Shown one piece after another: positions 49,918-62,865 of a stretch of DNA of 64,000 bases. The stretch comes from Camelus dromedarius (lineage: Eukaryota), in the NCBI RefSeq assembly GCF_036321535.1, contig NC_087436.1, forward strand, positions 6,448,001 through 6,512,000, written 5' to 3'. The number at the start of each line of letters is the position of its first letter. Position 1 is the stretch's first letter. Below the pieces are notes generated by a model that had not been told where the DNA came from, did no database searches, and saw only the letters and a list, made by a program, of their open reading frames with translations. Position numbers and translations under genes: made by a program.

Positions 49918-50530
49918 TTTTTTAAATTTATTGTGGTCTAGTCAGTTTACAATGTTGTGTCAGTTTCTGGTGTACAGTATAATAGTTGAGTCGCACATGA
50001 ACATACATCTATGTTTTTGTTTTTCTTCATTATATGTTACCACAAGATATTGAAGGTAGTTCCTTCTTCAACAGAAGAAACTTGTTGTTTATCTGTTTTA
50101 TATATAGTAGTTAGTATCTGCAAATCTTGAACTCCCAGTTTATCCCTTCCCACCTCCTTTCCCCGCCAGGTAACTATAAGTTTGTTTTCCATGTCTGTGA
50201 ATCTGTTTCTGTTTTGTAAATAAGCTCATTTGTCTTCTTTTTAGATTCTACATATGAGTAAGATCATAAGGTATTTTTCTTTCTTTTTCTGGCCCACTTC
50301 ACTTAATATAATGATCTTCAGGTCCAACCATGTTGCTGCAAATGGAATTATTTTATTCTTCTTTATGGCTGAGTAGTATTCCATTGTATATATATATACC
50401 ACAACTTCTTTATCCAGTCATCTGTCGATGGACATTTAGGTTGCTTCCATATCTTGGCTGTTGTAAATAGTTTTGCTGTGAACATTGGGGTGCATGTGTC
50501 TTTTTGAATTAGAGTTCCCTTGGATACATG
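49918..50530 (-). mobile_element. L1 3' end
   Basis: Antisense 3'UTR and ORF2 end (ttatccagtcatctgtcgatggacatttagg); probable TSD ttcaccttt. Confidence 0.92.
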
Positions 50531-51071
50531 AAGGTCATTCACCTTTATCCATGCCTCTGAAAAGGTTTAAAGAACAGTCCGTTGATTGTATAAGATCTAC
50601 AGGAATCTTATTAAGTCCCATGTCCTTTCCTCTTCTCTGTAATTCTTCATTCCCTGGAGCCTTGCCTCTTTTCCCCCAGATTTCTTTCTGGTCCAAGGCT
50701 GCCTGGATCCCATCTGCATCTTATTTCCCTATCATTCAGCCCTCACCCCTAATGCTACATCCTCCTCTGCTGTTCTTGGGCACAAAGTCTCTTTTCTATT
50801 CTGACTAATTTTTTCAGGAGGAAAAAAAGAAGTTTGTCCTTTTTTTCCTGCAGAAAGCACACAGTGGGGGAGGAGTTCACAGTAGAGGGTTAAAAGAACT
50901 GCCAGCCAGCATTCTCTGCCACAGAGTTTGAAGGTGGAGGGAAATGTTACAAACCGTCACACAGACCTGCACTTAAACAATTCTGTTCCATCATTAATAT
51001 TAAGTCTATCGAAACCAGATAGCATAGCATATATCATAGAAATTTTTCATATTTTAGGCCACACATTTCAT

Positions 51072-51387
51072 ATTAAAAGATAAAATGGGCATGTTAAAAT
51101 TTTTAATAGTTAACTTGAGCAAAAATGGATTAGAATTGGGCAGCTCCAAACCTGAAAAGGGTGAGTGGGAGACAGAGAGAGAAAGTTACCAAAGCAAAGC
51201 GAGGAAACTGTTGATGGGCATTTGTTGATTGCTTGAAGCCTCGTTGGCTGTTTCTGACTGGTCACTCTTAGCACTTGGGTTTCATAACCCTGAGGCCTTG
51301 ATGGACTTTGGTTTTGGTTTGCTTACCTCTGTGCCTGGCTTTAGAGCCACCTCAGTATAATGGCCTCCTTGTTCCCTTAATTTAACA
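51072..51387 (-). mobile_element. ERV1-class solo LTR (same family as 11095-11393)
   Basis: Ends ...ttagagccacctcagt.taatggcctcct...ttaatttaaca (TGTTAAATTAA on minus); shares the taacc.tgagg and ttagagc..c.tc.gt...tggcctcct blocks. Confidence 0.7.
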
Positions 51388-51394
51388 CCCAGAT

Positions 51395-51448
51395 GAAAGA
51401 AAGAAGGAAAGAAGGAAAGAAGGAAAGAAGGAAAGAAGGAAAGAAGGA

Positions 51449-51499
<51 letters not shown>

Positions 51500-51659
51500 G
51501 AAGGAAGGAAGGAAGGAAGGAAGGAAGAAAGGAAGGAAGGAAGGAAGGAAGGAAGGAAGGAAGGAAGGAAGGAAGAAAAAGAAAGAAAGAAAGAGAAAGA
51601 AAGGGAAAGAAAAAAAGAAAGAAAGAAAGGGAAAGAAAGAAAGAAAGAAAAGAAAGAAA
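51395..51659 (+). repeat. Compound (GAAA)n/(GGAA)n polypurine microsatellite, about 265 bp
   Basis: Direct reading; purine-only on the + strand. Confidence 0.97.
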
Positions 51660-53726
51660 TTTTATGTTTCTATGACTAAACTTAGCATTCACGACTTCTA
51701 CATAAAATAACAGGACATTTAAATTTGCTCATTCCAAGTAGCTTGGTTTAAAAATCAGGCACTTTTTCTTTAAAGTACTATCAATCACTGAAGAATTCTT
51801 ACTTGGTCTGCCCTTTTCCGGTTCCACCCAATAGCTTCTGCCCAGTAGTTCAAGGGCAGCTTCTGAAACATCCACGTGGAGGGGCAGGTAGAGGGCTGAA
51901 TATCTACTTCTGTTGCCAGCTTCTCACGGATTATTTCACTCATTGCTCTGGGTGCTGGCATCAGTACCTACTAAGCATGCAAAACTTTCACATTCTCCAA
52001 CTACCAGGCCAGAAAACCCATGTTTCCCACCCAAGCAATAAGGCCACTTCCCGTGGACTGTCTGCTCGCAGCCAGCCTTCTCTCGTTAGCCTAAGAAAAC
52101 CCCGAAGTCCTTCCTCCCCTGTCGAGGACCAAGGGAGACTTGGGGCTCACTGAGACCCCCATCTCTGCCTTACCTCTCCCTTTGCCACCCGGCCCCTCGC
52201 ACCAACCAGAGCATAGGCTTCCGGAGTCGTGCCCTTCCCTTGGGCTGCGTATTAGAATCTAAGAGGAGAATCACCTTTGCTTGGGTAACGCCCCCGCCCT
52301 TGGCGACTCCCACCTTCTCCCTTCCCCCAAGGAGCCTGAAACTCCAATGGGACAGGATGCTTTGTTCTCACGTGCAGCTCTCACCAAGGTCAGGGCAACA
52401 CACTTAACCTTCTCTGCAGGCTGTGGAAAAACTCAATGCCCTGTGTGCTTCAGTCTTTGGTCTTGATCTTCAAGCCAAGTGTTCAAAAAAGCCTATTAAA
52501 ATTAAAAAAAAAAAAAATCTCTCTCTCTCTGTCTCTCAAGCATCTGGATTTGCAGTTGACTGTTTTTGGCAGTTGACCATTCTAGAAAGGTTCTTTTCTG
52601 GTCTCCCTTCCCTGAGCAATAAAGTACAGTCCAACTGCCTCATATTGGTGGGAAAGGGTTAAAAAGGAATAACCAAGAAAGAAGTATATTTGGTTATATC
52701 CTATAAGCATGGGGCATTGGGCAAACAGGAATTATAAACACAAAGCCTAGGGGTTTGAAATAATAATTAGAATGACATACATTAGTAAAATATGAACTCT
52801 TGAGAATTTGCGAAACATACATTATCAAATATTCAGCTGTATTTTCCAACCATGTCAAGTGGATACAAGTGAAGATATTTGTTTATTCCCATTGAAAATG
52901 CATCAAGACAATTTCAACCCTCAGCACATTTGTAATCTCCCTTAAAAATGCAGAACTGTGGTCATGCCATCTAGAGAAAGTGCTTGCCCAGATCTTTAAA
53001 GTAAGAATACTTTATATCATTCTCACAGGTAATTATTAACTCAGGTAATGAACTAAAAGAGATACATGACTGAAAATGGGCTCTTTTTCAAATACTATAC
53101 ACATTATGTCAAAAAACATGCTAATAGCTTCTGATACAACTAGAAATGTTTTAACTACAGTTCACAGAACACTAAAAAAAATAGTTTTCAATACATTTAT
53201 GAAAAAAAAAAGTGATTCACCTTCAGCTGGACTAAGGAATGTCATTCCACTGGATAAATTACTTTCTGGTGTAAATTAAATGCACATTTGGAAACTCTAC
53301 TAACTCTAGAAATAACATAGTCAGAAAATCATATACATTCTGGAGTTGCAATATCGGTGTACACAATAGGGTTTCCACAGGAGGGCGGAAAGAATTCCAT
53401 GCACATGAAAGCACAAAGTTTTGTTTATTGTTTCCCCCGAAAAGTAAATCTTATGCTGATTTAATCTCATGTCAATTTAAAGAAACCTAGCTAATCTAGG
53501 GAAATAAATGTTTATTCACACAGTTAATGCAGATGAATATTCTAGACTGTGAATCTAAAATCTAACCTTTCGGATTTTCACCGTCATTTGATGACAAACT
53601 ACAGCTGTGGTAAAAACAGTATTATTCCACCACCAGCTTTACTGAAAAACTAGTCCTCATTACAGGCCCCATGCCATAGCTACTAAGGAGATCTTCACGG
53701 CACCACCATGTAAAAACTAGGACACG

Positions 53727-54033
53727 AGTGAACTCAGCTGCAAAACAGAAACAGACTCCCAGACATAGTAAACAACCTTATGGTTATTGGGGGTAAGGGG
53801 GTGGGAAGGGATAAATTTGGGAGTTTGAGATTTGTAAGTGTTAGCCACTACATATAAAAGTAGATTTAAAAAAAAGTTTCTTCTGTATAGCACAGAGAAC
53901 TATACTCAATATCTTGTAATAGCCTTTAATGAAAAAGAATATGAAAGTGAATATATGTATGTATATGAATGACTGGGACATTGTGCTGTACATCAGAAAT
54001 TGATGCACTCTAACTGTATATACATCAATAAAA
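53727..54033 (+). mobile_element. L1 3'UTR
   Basis: gaactca.ctgcaaaacagaaacagactc...catcagaaattga...caataaaa. Confidence 0.9.
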
Positions 54034-54139
54034 GGTTTTTTTTTAAAAAACCTATGAACTAGGAACTAATGGAATTAAAAGGAAAAATAGTCAGATCCAT
54101 TAAAAAAAAATACCATTCTAAATGTTTCAGATACATGGA

Positions 54140-55480
54140 CAATTATTCATTCTTTCTTTCCTTGAACTCTTTTTTTTTTTTTTTTTTTTTTTGAATTCCT
54201 ACAATATTCCCCAGCACCAACACAGACACTGAAAATCAATCGCGGACAGAATAAGAAAGCACCCTCACTAAGGGAATTTACATGCTGGCGGTGATATTTA
54301 AGTCCCAGAAGAAGTAAACTAATAAATAAAATGTCTCAGATAGTAGAAAGCGTTGTGAAGAAGAAAAAAAAAAAGGACAGTGTCACAGGATAGTAACCAG
54401 CAAGGATTGTGAAGAATCTTCAGACAGAGTGATCCGAAGTCTAAGGTGGGCCTGAATGATGAGGAGTAAGCAGCCAGGGCCCCAGGGAAGAACAATCCAG
54501 GCGTCCAGGTGGGTGGAACCAGCTACCCGAAAACCCTCAAGCAAGACCACACGTAGCTCATCCACAGGACAGTCGGTATGGCCCCAACTAAGTGAGGCAA
54601 GAAGAGTGGAAAGAAACCAAGCCAGCGAATAGGAGGGGTCAATTCGTGGGAGGGCAGAAGGGGAGGGTAGGAAGTTCGGCTTTTATGCTGAGAACCATGG
54701 GACGCTCACAGATTTGCGAGGGGACATTTTTGTGATCTAATTTACTTCTGAACGATCCCTCTGGCTGCTGTGAGGAGAACAGGTGGGAAAGAGGCAGAGG
54801 GGGAGGCCATTGCCACTAAGAAGTGACAGTGGCTGATTCTGTGGGGAAAGAAGTGAAGATGAGGGGAGTCCACACACCCGGGAGCGCAGTGGGGAGGAGG
54901 CCGCCTTTGCGGAAGGATCGCAGGTGTGGGAGGAAGAGGGGCGAGAGAGTCCTTTACCCCTAAAAGGAGTTGTAAGGACCAGAGAGCCGTGAAAGGGATT
55001 TTCTTTGAAAGGAGAGAGGAATATGAAAGAAAACAGTCGCGCATCCACGGCCTCTCTGCCTAGTTCTAGAGGAACGGTGCTTCCTCTTAACCTGCCACAG
55101 ATGAGCGTCCCACCCACCTGTCGGTCTGGTGAGCTGGGAACCGGTGGGCAGGTCAGCCGTCAGCCACTCAGGGTCAGCAATCGCAGACTATGACCAGAGA
55201 AGAGAAAATGAATCCTTCCTCACGGCTTCACCCGGAGACCTGAATTAGCAAGCACCTCCCATCTCAGCCTTCACTCTTAACCTGAGATGGGAGTGTGGAC
55301 AGAAATAGGAAGTCAGGCCTTCAGCAGCACAAACCAAGGACCCCCGGGTGGCTGTGTTCATGAAGACTCAATCGTGGAAGATTTGAGGATGGAGAGATCT
55401 ACAAAAGATGGAGAGGAGTATTGACCAGTTCCCAGTAGACATTTGTAAGGAGAGGAAGGCATAAGCATTATTTGCTTGGT
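54140..55480 (-). mobile_element. L2 LINE fragments (GC-shifted)
   Basis: ttattcattc terminus; gatccctctggctgctgtgaggagaa and ggaagaacaatccaggc L2 motifs. Boundaries approximate. Confidence 0.65.
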
Positions 55481-56294
55481 GTCAGAGAGAGTCTTAGCGT
55501 CCAAGTGGACCACACGTGACTCTTAGCATCTCAGTGGATATCCAGCCCATGCTGCTTACAATTTCATGGATGGTACGGTACAGACTCTATTAGATATATT
55601 TTAAGCACAGCTGTCAGTGACAATAGAAAATATCTGGAAATTAAGACCACTGGACTTTAAATGAAGAGAAATCCACATTTAGTGCCTGTGATGTCTGTGA
55701 GAGGCAGTAAGGGACTCCTCCACATCCATTAACTATGTCTAATCACAGCAAAAAACCCAGGAGGGAGCTCCACTAATCCCCGTGTCCTAGAACAGGAAGC
55801 TGCAAAGCTACAAAACCTACACAGAGGCCACAGGGGCACAGCTGGGAACATCCAAGGTGCCCCCTTGCCCAGCGGCAGCCACACTTAGCCTGCGCCGGGC
55901 ACGTGGGGCACAGGGGTACAGAGCAAGCCGTGGGAACCGCTCTGGTCTGTGGTCACGGTAACGCCGGAAAAAAAGGCAAAATCGGGAAAACACGGCTTTC
56001 AGTCTTGAATGGGCCTCTTGGACTCTGCTAGCTAGTAAGCAGCCACCAGTAAAGCAGCCAGCATCTCGTCCCTGCGCTGAAAGGTTCCAACAGAGGGGCA
56101 GGTCTCCTCAGCCGCACCAGCAGCGTCGTGGTCAGAGAGGATGTCCGTCTGAAGGCATAATTGATCTTGGCCGTGACGGGTGAGACCCAGGTGAAAACAT
56201 AGTATGCAGGACACTGTCACCAGCCAAGAGAGGGAGGCAGAAGTGTGAGTGATTGTTCAGCGGCTCGCGGGCAGGGCAATATGGGGGGAATAGC

Positions 56295-56535
56295 GGAGGC
56301 AGAGTGGTTGAGAACACATGTTCTGAAATCAGAATCAGACAGAGTCTGACTCTCAGTCCCGCCACTTTCTTGTTCTGGGATCCCCAAGCAATTCACTCCT
56401 CTGTGCCTTGCCTTCTAAACTGCAAAGCCGTGATGGTATTCCTAACTGAGCAATGGCGTTGTTCTGAGGATGAAATGAAATAAGGTATGTAAAGTGCTCG
56501 GTGCTAGTGACTGATACAGTAAATACCCAAAAACG
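56295..56535 (+). mobile_element. MIR SINE
   Basis: agagtggttgaga.ca...ctctgtgcct...gttgttctgaggatgaaatga...tatgtaaagtgct. Confidence 0.7.
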
Positions 56536-57556
56536 TGGAAGGAAAAGAAAAGAAACAAACGACTGATCAGAGTGCAAAGTGTAATGTAGTGGACTCTGAG
56601 GTTTAAGAAAGGAGGTTGTGGCCAGCTGGGGATGCTTTGCCCGAAAGGCTAAAGTGTAATGAAAAGGAAGCCACTGCAGACGTCTTAGCCAGACGTGAGA
56701 GAATCCGGAAGGGAACACGGCTGAGACAGAGCGGGTGGAAGTGAGCTGTTAAGATGCACACCCACCCTTGACCTGGGGTCTTTTCGTCTCAGCCGTACCA
56801 GTAGTGTCATGGGTAAACTGCTGCTGTCACACCACGGAGCAGGAATCCAATGTGATGGCTGGAAAGTCAAGGAGGGAGCTTCATCATAGTTTGAGGCATA
56901 CGCTAGAAATGTGTGAATACAAAACTTAGAACTTTCAGCTGTTCCATGTGGTGGGAAATGAGTGCACTCATCCAGTAAGTGCTCGCTGAGCGTTTATGAC
57001 AGTGGGATACTAAGCCCTTCGCAATGTTGATAATAACATCTCACCCAACTGAAGGCCACTGATCCCAGAAAAACAGTAATAACATCTATCAGTGTTGAGC
57101 AGATGAAACGTGAACTGCCATCTCCATGTTAGGTGAGGCTTTCAAAATCGAGGAATGGACTTGGGTTAATTGTGCATTAAGGCTGGGATATTCAAATACA
57201 TTCAAATTTCACAGATAAAATAAATTAAATTAAATTTTAAGAAAAGAAGGAAAGTGTGTCCTTTTTCAGTCCCACACTCATAGCTCAGTTGTTCCCTGTT
57301 TACACAGAAGTCATGTCGTGTCTGGGCATCTGCGTTTTCAGCTGTAGCAGATTCAAGTAATAAATTAGAAATGGTGATCGCAGCACTGAGATGACAGAGG
57401 CAGACAAATTAATGACAGTTGAATGACAGCTGGTAGAGAACTGTGGAGGAAAAACCATAAAAAGTTGACAGAACTCTTAAAGCCAAGGAGTCTGTGGTCA
57501 AAGTTATAGGACACCATTGCCTCAAAGGCCCTAAGGCATCACTGTCCTGCCCAGCA

Positions 57557-58072
57557 TGTTACTGAGTCCAAGCTCAGTCTGCTCACCGCAGGGCAGGTCA
57601 ATAAATCAAGAGACGAGGTGTTGGGACAAGGAACAGTGACTTTATTTGGAAAGCCAGCAGACCCAGAAGATGGTGGACTTGTGTCCCAAAGAACTATCTT
57701 GCCTGGATTTGGATGCTAGTTTCTTTCATAGAACAAAGAGGAGGAGGTGAGGAGGTAAAGTGAAAAAGGTGGTAAGTTGTTGCAAACACTTCCTTGTTCC
57801 AGCCAGACTCCAGAGGAGATGTGTCATTTCTTCCTTCCCGCAGTCATTCTCGGGTCAGCCTGGTCAGGATGCTTCCTGTGCGCTCAGCAAAGGTATTTTA
57901 GCTTAACGCTCATTACCTGGGAGGCAGGGTTCCCAGCGTTGGACCATTATGTATAATTTAAGCTTTCAGGCAGCATCCCTTTAGTGATGAACTTGTACCA
58001 AAAGCAATAGATACACAGGTTCAGGTAAAAGAAACACCCAATATGGAGTCAGATTTGTTCTTCCCTGTTGCA
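57557..58072 (-). mobile_element. Full-length solo ERV1 LTR (cetartiodactyl MER41-like)
   Basis: TG...CA termini; minus strand starts TGCAACAGGGAAGAACAAATCTGACTCCATATT; AATAAA on minus (tttatt at about 57641); near-match 4-bp TSD agca/aaca. Confidence 0.8.
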
Positions 58073-59523
58073 AACATGATAACCCAGATTCACAAAGGAA
58101 AGTTACTCTTGTGTTCATAAGAGCTCTAAACGTTTAGTGGTAAACACCCCAAAACTGAATCAGAACACCAGTATACAATTTCTGACAAGTTTTGCTCTTT
58201 AGAGGGGAGTTGAGAAATGAGGAGGCACCTAGCAGGGGGAATGAAATGTGTTCTCTTTTGTCTTGTTTTTAAGAAGGGAGACACAAGAGCCTGTTTCAGG
58301 CTACTGGGAACGATCTAAGAAAGAGGTAAAAACCTTATGATGCTGAGATAGGAGGGAGAATCACTGGCTCTGTCCTGAGCAGGTGAGAGGGATGGAGGTG
58401 AGCTCAGGAGAGGGACTGGAGCAGAGGGCTCGGAGGAGGCGGAGTGCACGAGGGTGGTCCGTAGGGTGCCATGGGGCTCCTGGGATGGCCTCAGGGGGGT
58501 GGAGGTTTGAGGAGAGAAGGAATGAAGTGCTCATCTAGGAGATGGGAGAGCATATGGAAGAGGGAACCGCTGCTGAGTGGCATTAGTGCCCCCACCCCCA
58601 CTCCCATTTTATTGGAAGGAGGCAGCAGTGTGCATTGCACATTTTGGGGCTGTAAACAGTTCTGTCCTTGGGTCAGTTCTGGGTGAGGTCTGCAGTCAGC
58701 GTGGCATGAAGTTCAGACAGGGAGACTCCCAGCATTCCCAAGAGTTCCCATCATTCTTGGGAAACGAAGTGTCTGATTCATATGGTCCAGCACAAGCTAT
58801 GAGAAAGAACATTAACCAAAGATTTAAAATGAGAAGCTGGACGAAGGCAGCATCATGAAGAGATACTGAGCATTTGGATTTTGTCAGGACAGTGGATTTT
58901 TTTGACTATTTTTTTTCTAGCTTTATTGAGGTATGGACAATTGAACTTTTTCAAGGATTTTTGTGTATCTCAGAGTATGCACATCTCAAAATATCAAATT
59001 TGAAGTCTAAAATGTGCTTCTTTTAAACATCTGTTGATGTTATTCAGAGATTGATGGAACTAGTTCAAACAGCCTGAAAATATTTTGGGGTTGATTCCTT
59101 TAATTTTGGCAGAACATACTTAAATTATCTATCCAGTTTTTTCACAACCTGGAGAGATTGTCTTAGTAACCCAGTCTGTTGTTTGATAGTCCTTGTAGCT
59201 AAGAAATTATTCCTTACAGCAAACTTGACTATCACCTCTGGCGTCGGAGGACCGCCCATTCCCCAAGTTTACTGGCCGAAATCCTTCCCCAAGTTATCAG
59301 CCAAAACAACAGCGTCACAACCTCTGAAGAGCTACAGCAGCTGCCCTGGTGCCCTTGCCGGGTAATGTGCATCCACTTCCCCGAACTCATGAAATCAACT
59401 AGAAAATCTCCACTGGAAGACAAACAGCCACAGAAAGAACAAATTGCCTGTCCTGCGAGTGAGCACGTGTTTAGGCTGCTGACATGGGGGTTTCCCATTG
59501 GTGCTTCCCCAGTGCCTCGCCCC

Positions 59524-59735
59524 TGCTTTCTCAGCGTGGGCCCTGTTGACATTTTAGGATGGATAAGTCTTTGTCTGGGGAGCTGTCCTGTGCATCGTGG
59601 GATATTCAAGCAGCATCACTGGAATCGACCTATTAAGATGCCAGTAGCTCCCCTCAAGTCATGATAATAAAACAGATCTGCACTTTGACAAATGTCCCCT
59701 AGGCTACAAAATCATCCCTGATTGAGAATCACTGG
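59524..59735 (-). mobile_element. MER20 hAT-Charlie DNA transposon
   Basis: tttctca...tgacatttt.gg.tggataa.tctttg...gctgtcctgtgcat...aaatgtcccct...ttgagaatcactg. Confidence 0.85.
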
Positions 59736-60382
59736 CCTGTCACTAAAGGTCTGAAGAAAACCAGCGAATTAGAAATCAGTGTTTTTTCATCTGTAGACAA
59801 GGAACCAAATTTTCATGCATTTGAATTAGCTGTACATTGCTCCAGATCATTTTTTATTATTAAGGGAATATTCACTTTGAAAAAAAAAAATTCAAATTTT
59901 CCTAAGGGTATAAACTGAAGAGAAAAATCTCCCCTTTATCCTGCCATTATTAGTCCCACTTCCCAAAGACAACCACTGGTAACAGTTTCTAGTTAATATA
60001 TCAGAATTTTATAAACACAGTATTATATATTCCTTTATTTTCCACAAATAAGATCAAACTATATAGGCTATTGTTCAACATACTTTCTGTAGCTTAATGA
60101 TATGCATTGAATATCTTATTATATTAGCAGATATATATCTACCTCACTTTCCAAACTGTTGAACTGAATATCTATATAAGAGTGTATAGTTCTATAATTA
60201 CACCATATATTTATTTAAAAACCCTCAATTATTACTGGTATTTTTATTTGTTTTGTTTTTGGATATCTGAAATAGTTACTGATAGCATTTAAGATAGAAA
60301 TTATAAAATAAATGGGTTAAATATAGGGAAATTTTGCCATTGTGGGTTTTTTTGTTTGTTTGTTTCTTTGTTGGTTTTTCAT

Positions 60383-61003
60383 TTTTTTTTTATTGACGTA
60401 TAGTTGATTACAGTGTTATGTTAGTTTCTGGTGCACAGCATAGTGATTCAGTTATAATATATACATATTCTTTTTCATTATAGGCTATTATAAGGTATTG
60501 AATATAGTTCCCTGTGCTGCCCAGCAGGATCTTGTTGTTTATCTGTTTCATATATAGTAGTGTGTATCTGCTAATCCCAAACTCTTAATCTACCCATTCC
60601 CCCCGCTTTCCCCTTTGGTAACCTTAATTTCATTTTCTATGTCTGTGAGTCTGTTTCTGTTCTGTAAATAGGTTCGTTTGTGTCATTTTTTTTTTTTAGA
60701 TTCCACATATAAGTGATATCATATGGTATTTGTCTTTCTCTGTCTGCCTTACTTCACTTAGTATGATCATCTCTAGATCCATCCATGTTGCTGCAAATGG
60801 CATTATTTCATTCTTTTTTATGGTTGAGTAGTATTCTATAATACACACACACACACATAAGATACATGTATATGTATCTTTATCCAGTCATCTGTCAATG
60901 AACATTTAGGTTGCTTCCATGTTTGGCTACTATAAATAGTGCTGTTGTGAACATTGAGGTGCGTGTATCTTTTCAAATTAGATTTTTCTCTGGATATATT
61001 CCC
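60383..61003 (-). mobile_element. L1 3' end
   Basis: Poly(T) followed by antisense 3'UTR and ORF2 end. Confidence 0.92.
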
Positions 61004-62865
61004 TTGTTTTTTTATTTTTAATTTTACTTCCTAACAAAGTATCTTAGCAAACCCCCTCTATATTTTTGATACATGGGTAGTTACCCATGAAAACAGGAAT
61101 ATTGCATATTTTCCATTGATTACAAAAGGGATCTCAAAGGCTGGATATAAGTCGTAGAATCCAGTGGAACTCTTCTCTTAGTGCTTGCCCAAGTCTTAGC
61201 TATTCAGAAACACTAGAAACGATGAAATGTACCGAGTACACTCACCTCCTTGATTTTGAACATAAGTATATAGAGCTGCCTTTAATGCAGTGACTGCACT
61301 GATTCCAGAGCAACCATGGTAACATTTTCCGTATTAACATTTAATGTTGTTACAGAATGAGGGTTATAATTTCACCGAGTTGGTGTTTTCCACAGAAAAT
61401 GATTTCCCTAGACGCAATAGTAAGTGCTTGTGTGTTTCGGGCAAGGTCTATTAAAAAGCCAAAGCTGTTTTATTCCATTGATGATAAATCATTAGGAATG
61501 TAGCTTCCAGAAATGTTTATTGAAACCCTTAAGATTTTAGTTCTGATGGAGGGATTCAAGACTTGGGCATAACTCAGGTCAAATCATGGCCCCTCCCCAC
61601 CACCAAATGATGACAGACAGCCACAGCGTAGTCACCTTACTATGTGGAAACTAGAGCAGTTTCCTCAAAACCGCATTGTAAAAATGCTTCGTGCTTTTTG
61701 GTTTTGGCCCTTGAATTACATGGGAACCCAATTAAGTCGAAGAGAAAGCTAGGGCACTGCACAAAGTCTGCACCATTTTTTCCTTCTGGTGTACGACAGC
61801 TCCCACAGCCCCACAAAGTGCATTCAAGGCACGTACACATATTTAGTCATACGGGAATGACAATAATTTGTTCTCTGGCAGAAAAAAAGAAAGGCACTGA
61901 TTTTCCCTCAGTACTGTGTCTCACTTGGCAATCAGCATATATGACTGTTCCCTGTTTTTCCATCCACTTAATCTCAAAGGATTTCCAGGAGGAGGAAGCG
62001 ATTGAAGTGCTTCATCAAAAATGTTTCTGTTGTTGCAGTTAAAATTATTAAGCATTTTTCCCCAATTGCTTCAATTTCTGACTAATATTTATTTGAATTT
62101 TTATGCACTGGAGTAATTTTTCAGTTAGGGTGCTTTAAAAAAATCGTTTATAAAATTTCTTATATTATGAGTGATTTTTGTATGAGATGAGAGTATTCAA
62201 AGTAAACAACTGTAGTCATAAAAAATTAATTCCAAGTATCTCTCAAAGCAAGATGCACTTACACCAATATTACGTATGAACTTATACCATGCTGACAGAG
62301 CCAGCGCCACCACGCTGTCACCATCATCGACTGTCCCCGGCATCTCTAGAGCTCTGCCAAGTGTTGTAATTCAGTTCTGAGCCTACTGCTACCCAGTCTC
62401 TGCTGAAATTATTAATTTCCTGGTCCCACTGCCCGACAAATTCCCAGCGCATCTGTGTATCCAGATACATTTAACACTTCATTTATTGTGGTCAGAAAGC
62501 CTTCAAAAACTTATTTAAAAATACATCGACCAACATTTGCACTAAATCCCATTTTCTTAAACTTTTCTATCTCACTGATTCAATCTTTATCTGAAAAGAG
62601 CTTGCTATGGCATTTAGGACTAAATAAACTTAATTTTAAAATAAGTAAAAAAAAAATGGATTGAAATGAAGAATTCATTGTCTTTCTTCCCATGTGCTTC
62701 AAAGCTTGGTGCATGTGAGTTTGCAAATCCACTCACACCTGAGAGGAACATAAACAGAGAGAGGAAAAGGGCTTTTTTTCCCCCTGTTTAGGCCTGACAT
62801 CCAGAAATCATTAATCATTGAGTCTTCTTTATTTAGTGCCAAATGACACATCTAAACAGAGATTC

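Noticed and set aside
51282..51710. Lys/Glu/Arg-rich and Phe/Leu/Ser-rich ORFs
   Set aside because: Translations of the GAAA/GGAA microsatellite.
54162..54198. Poly(T) flanked by ttgaactc / ttgaattc as a second poly(A)-only insertion
   Set aside because: The putative TSD is only 8 bp with a mismatch in T-rich L2 terminal sequence; slippage explains it equally well.
56311..56324. Steroid response element AGAACAcaTGTTCT
   Set aside because: The spacer is 2 bp rather than the 3 bp needed for GR/PR/AR, and it lies in a MIR.
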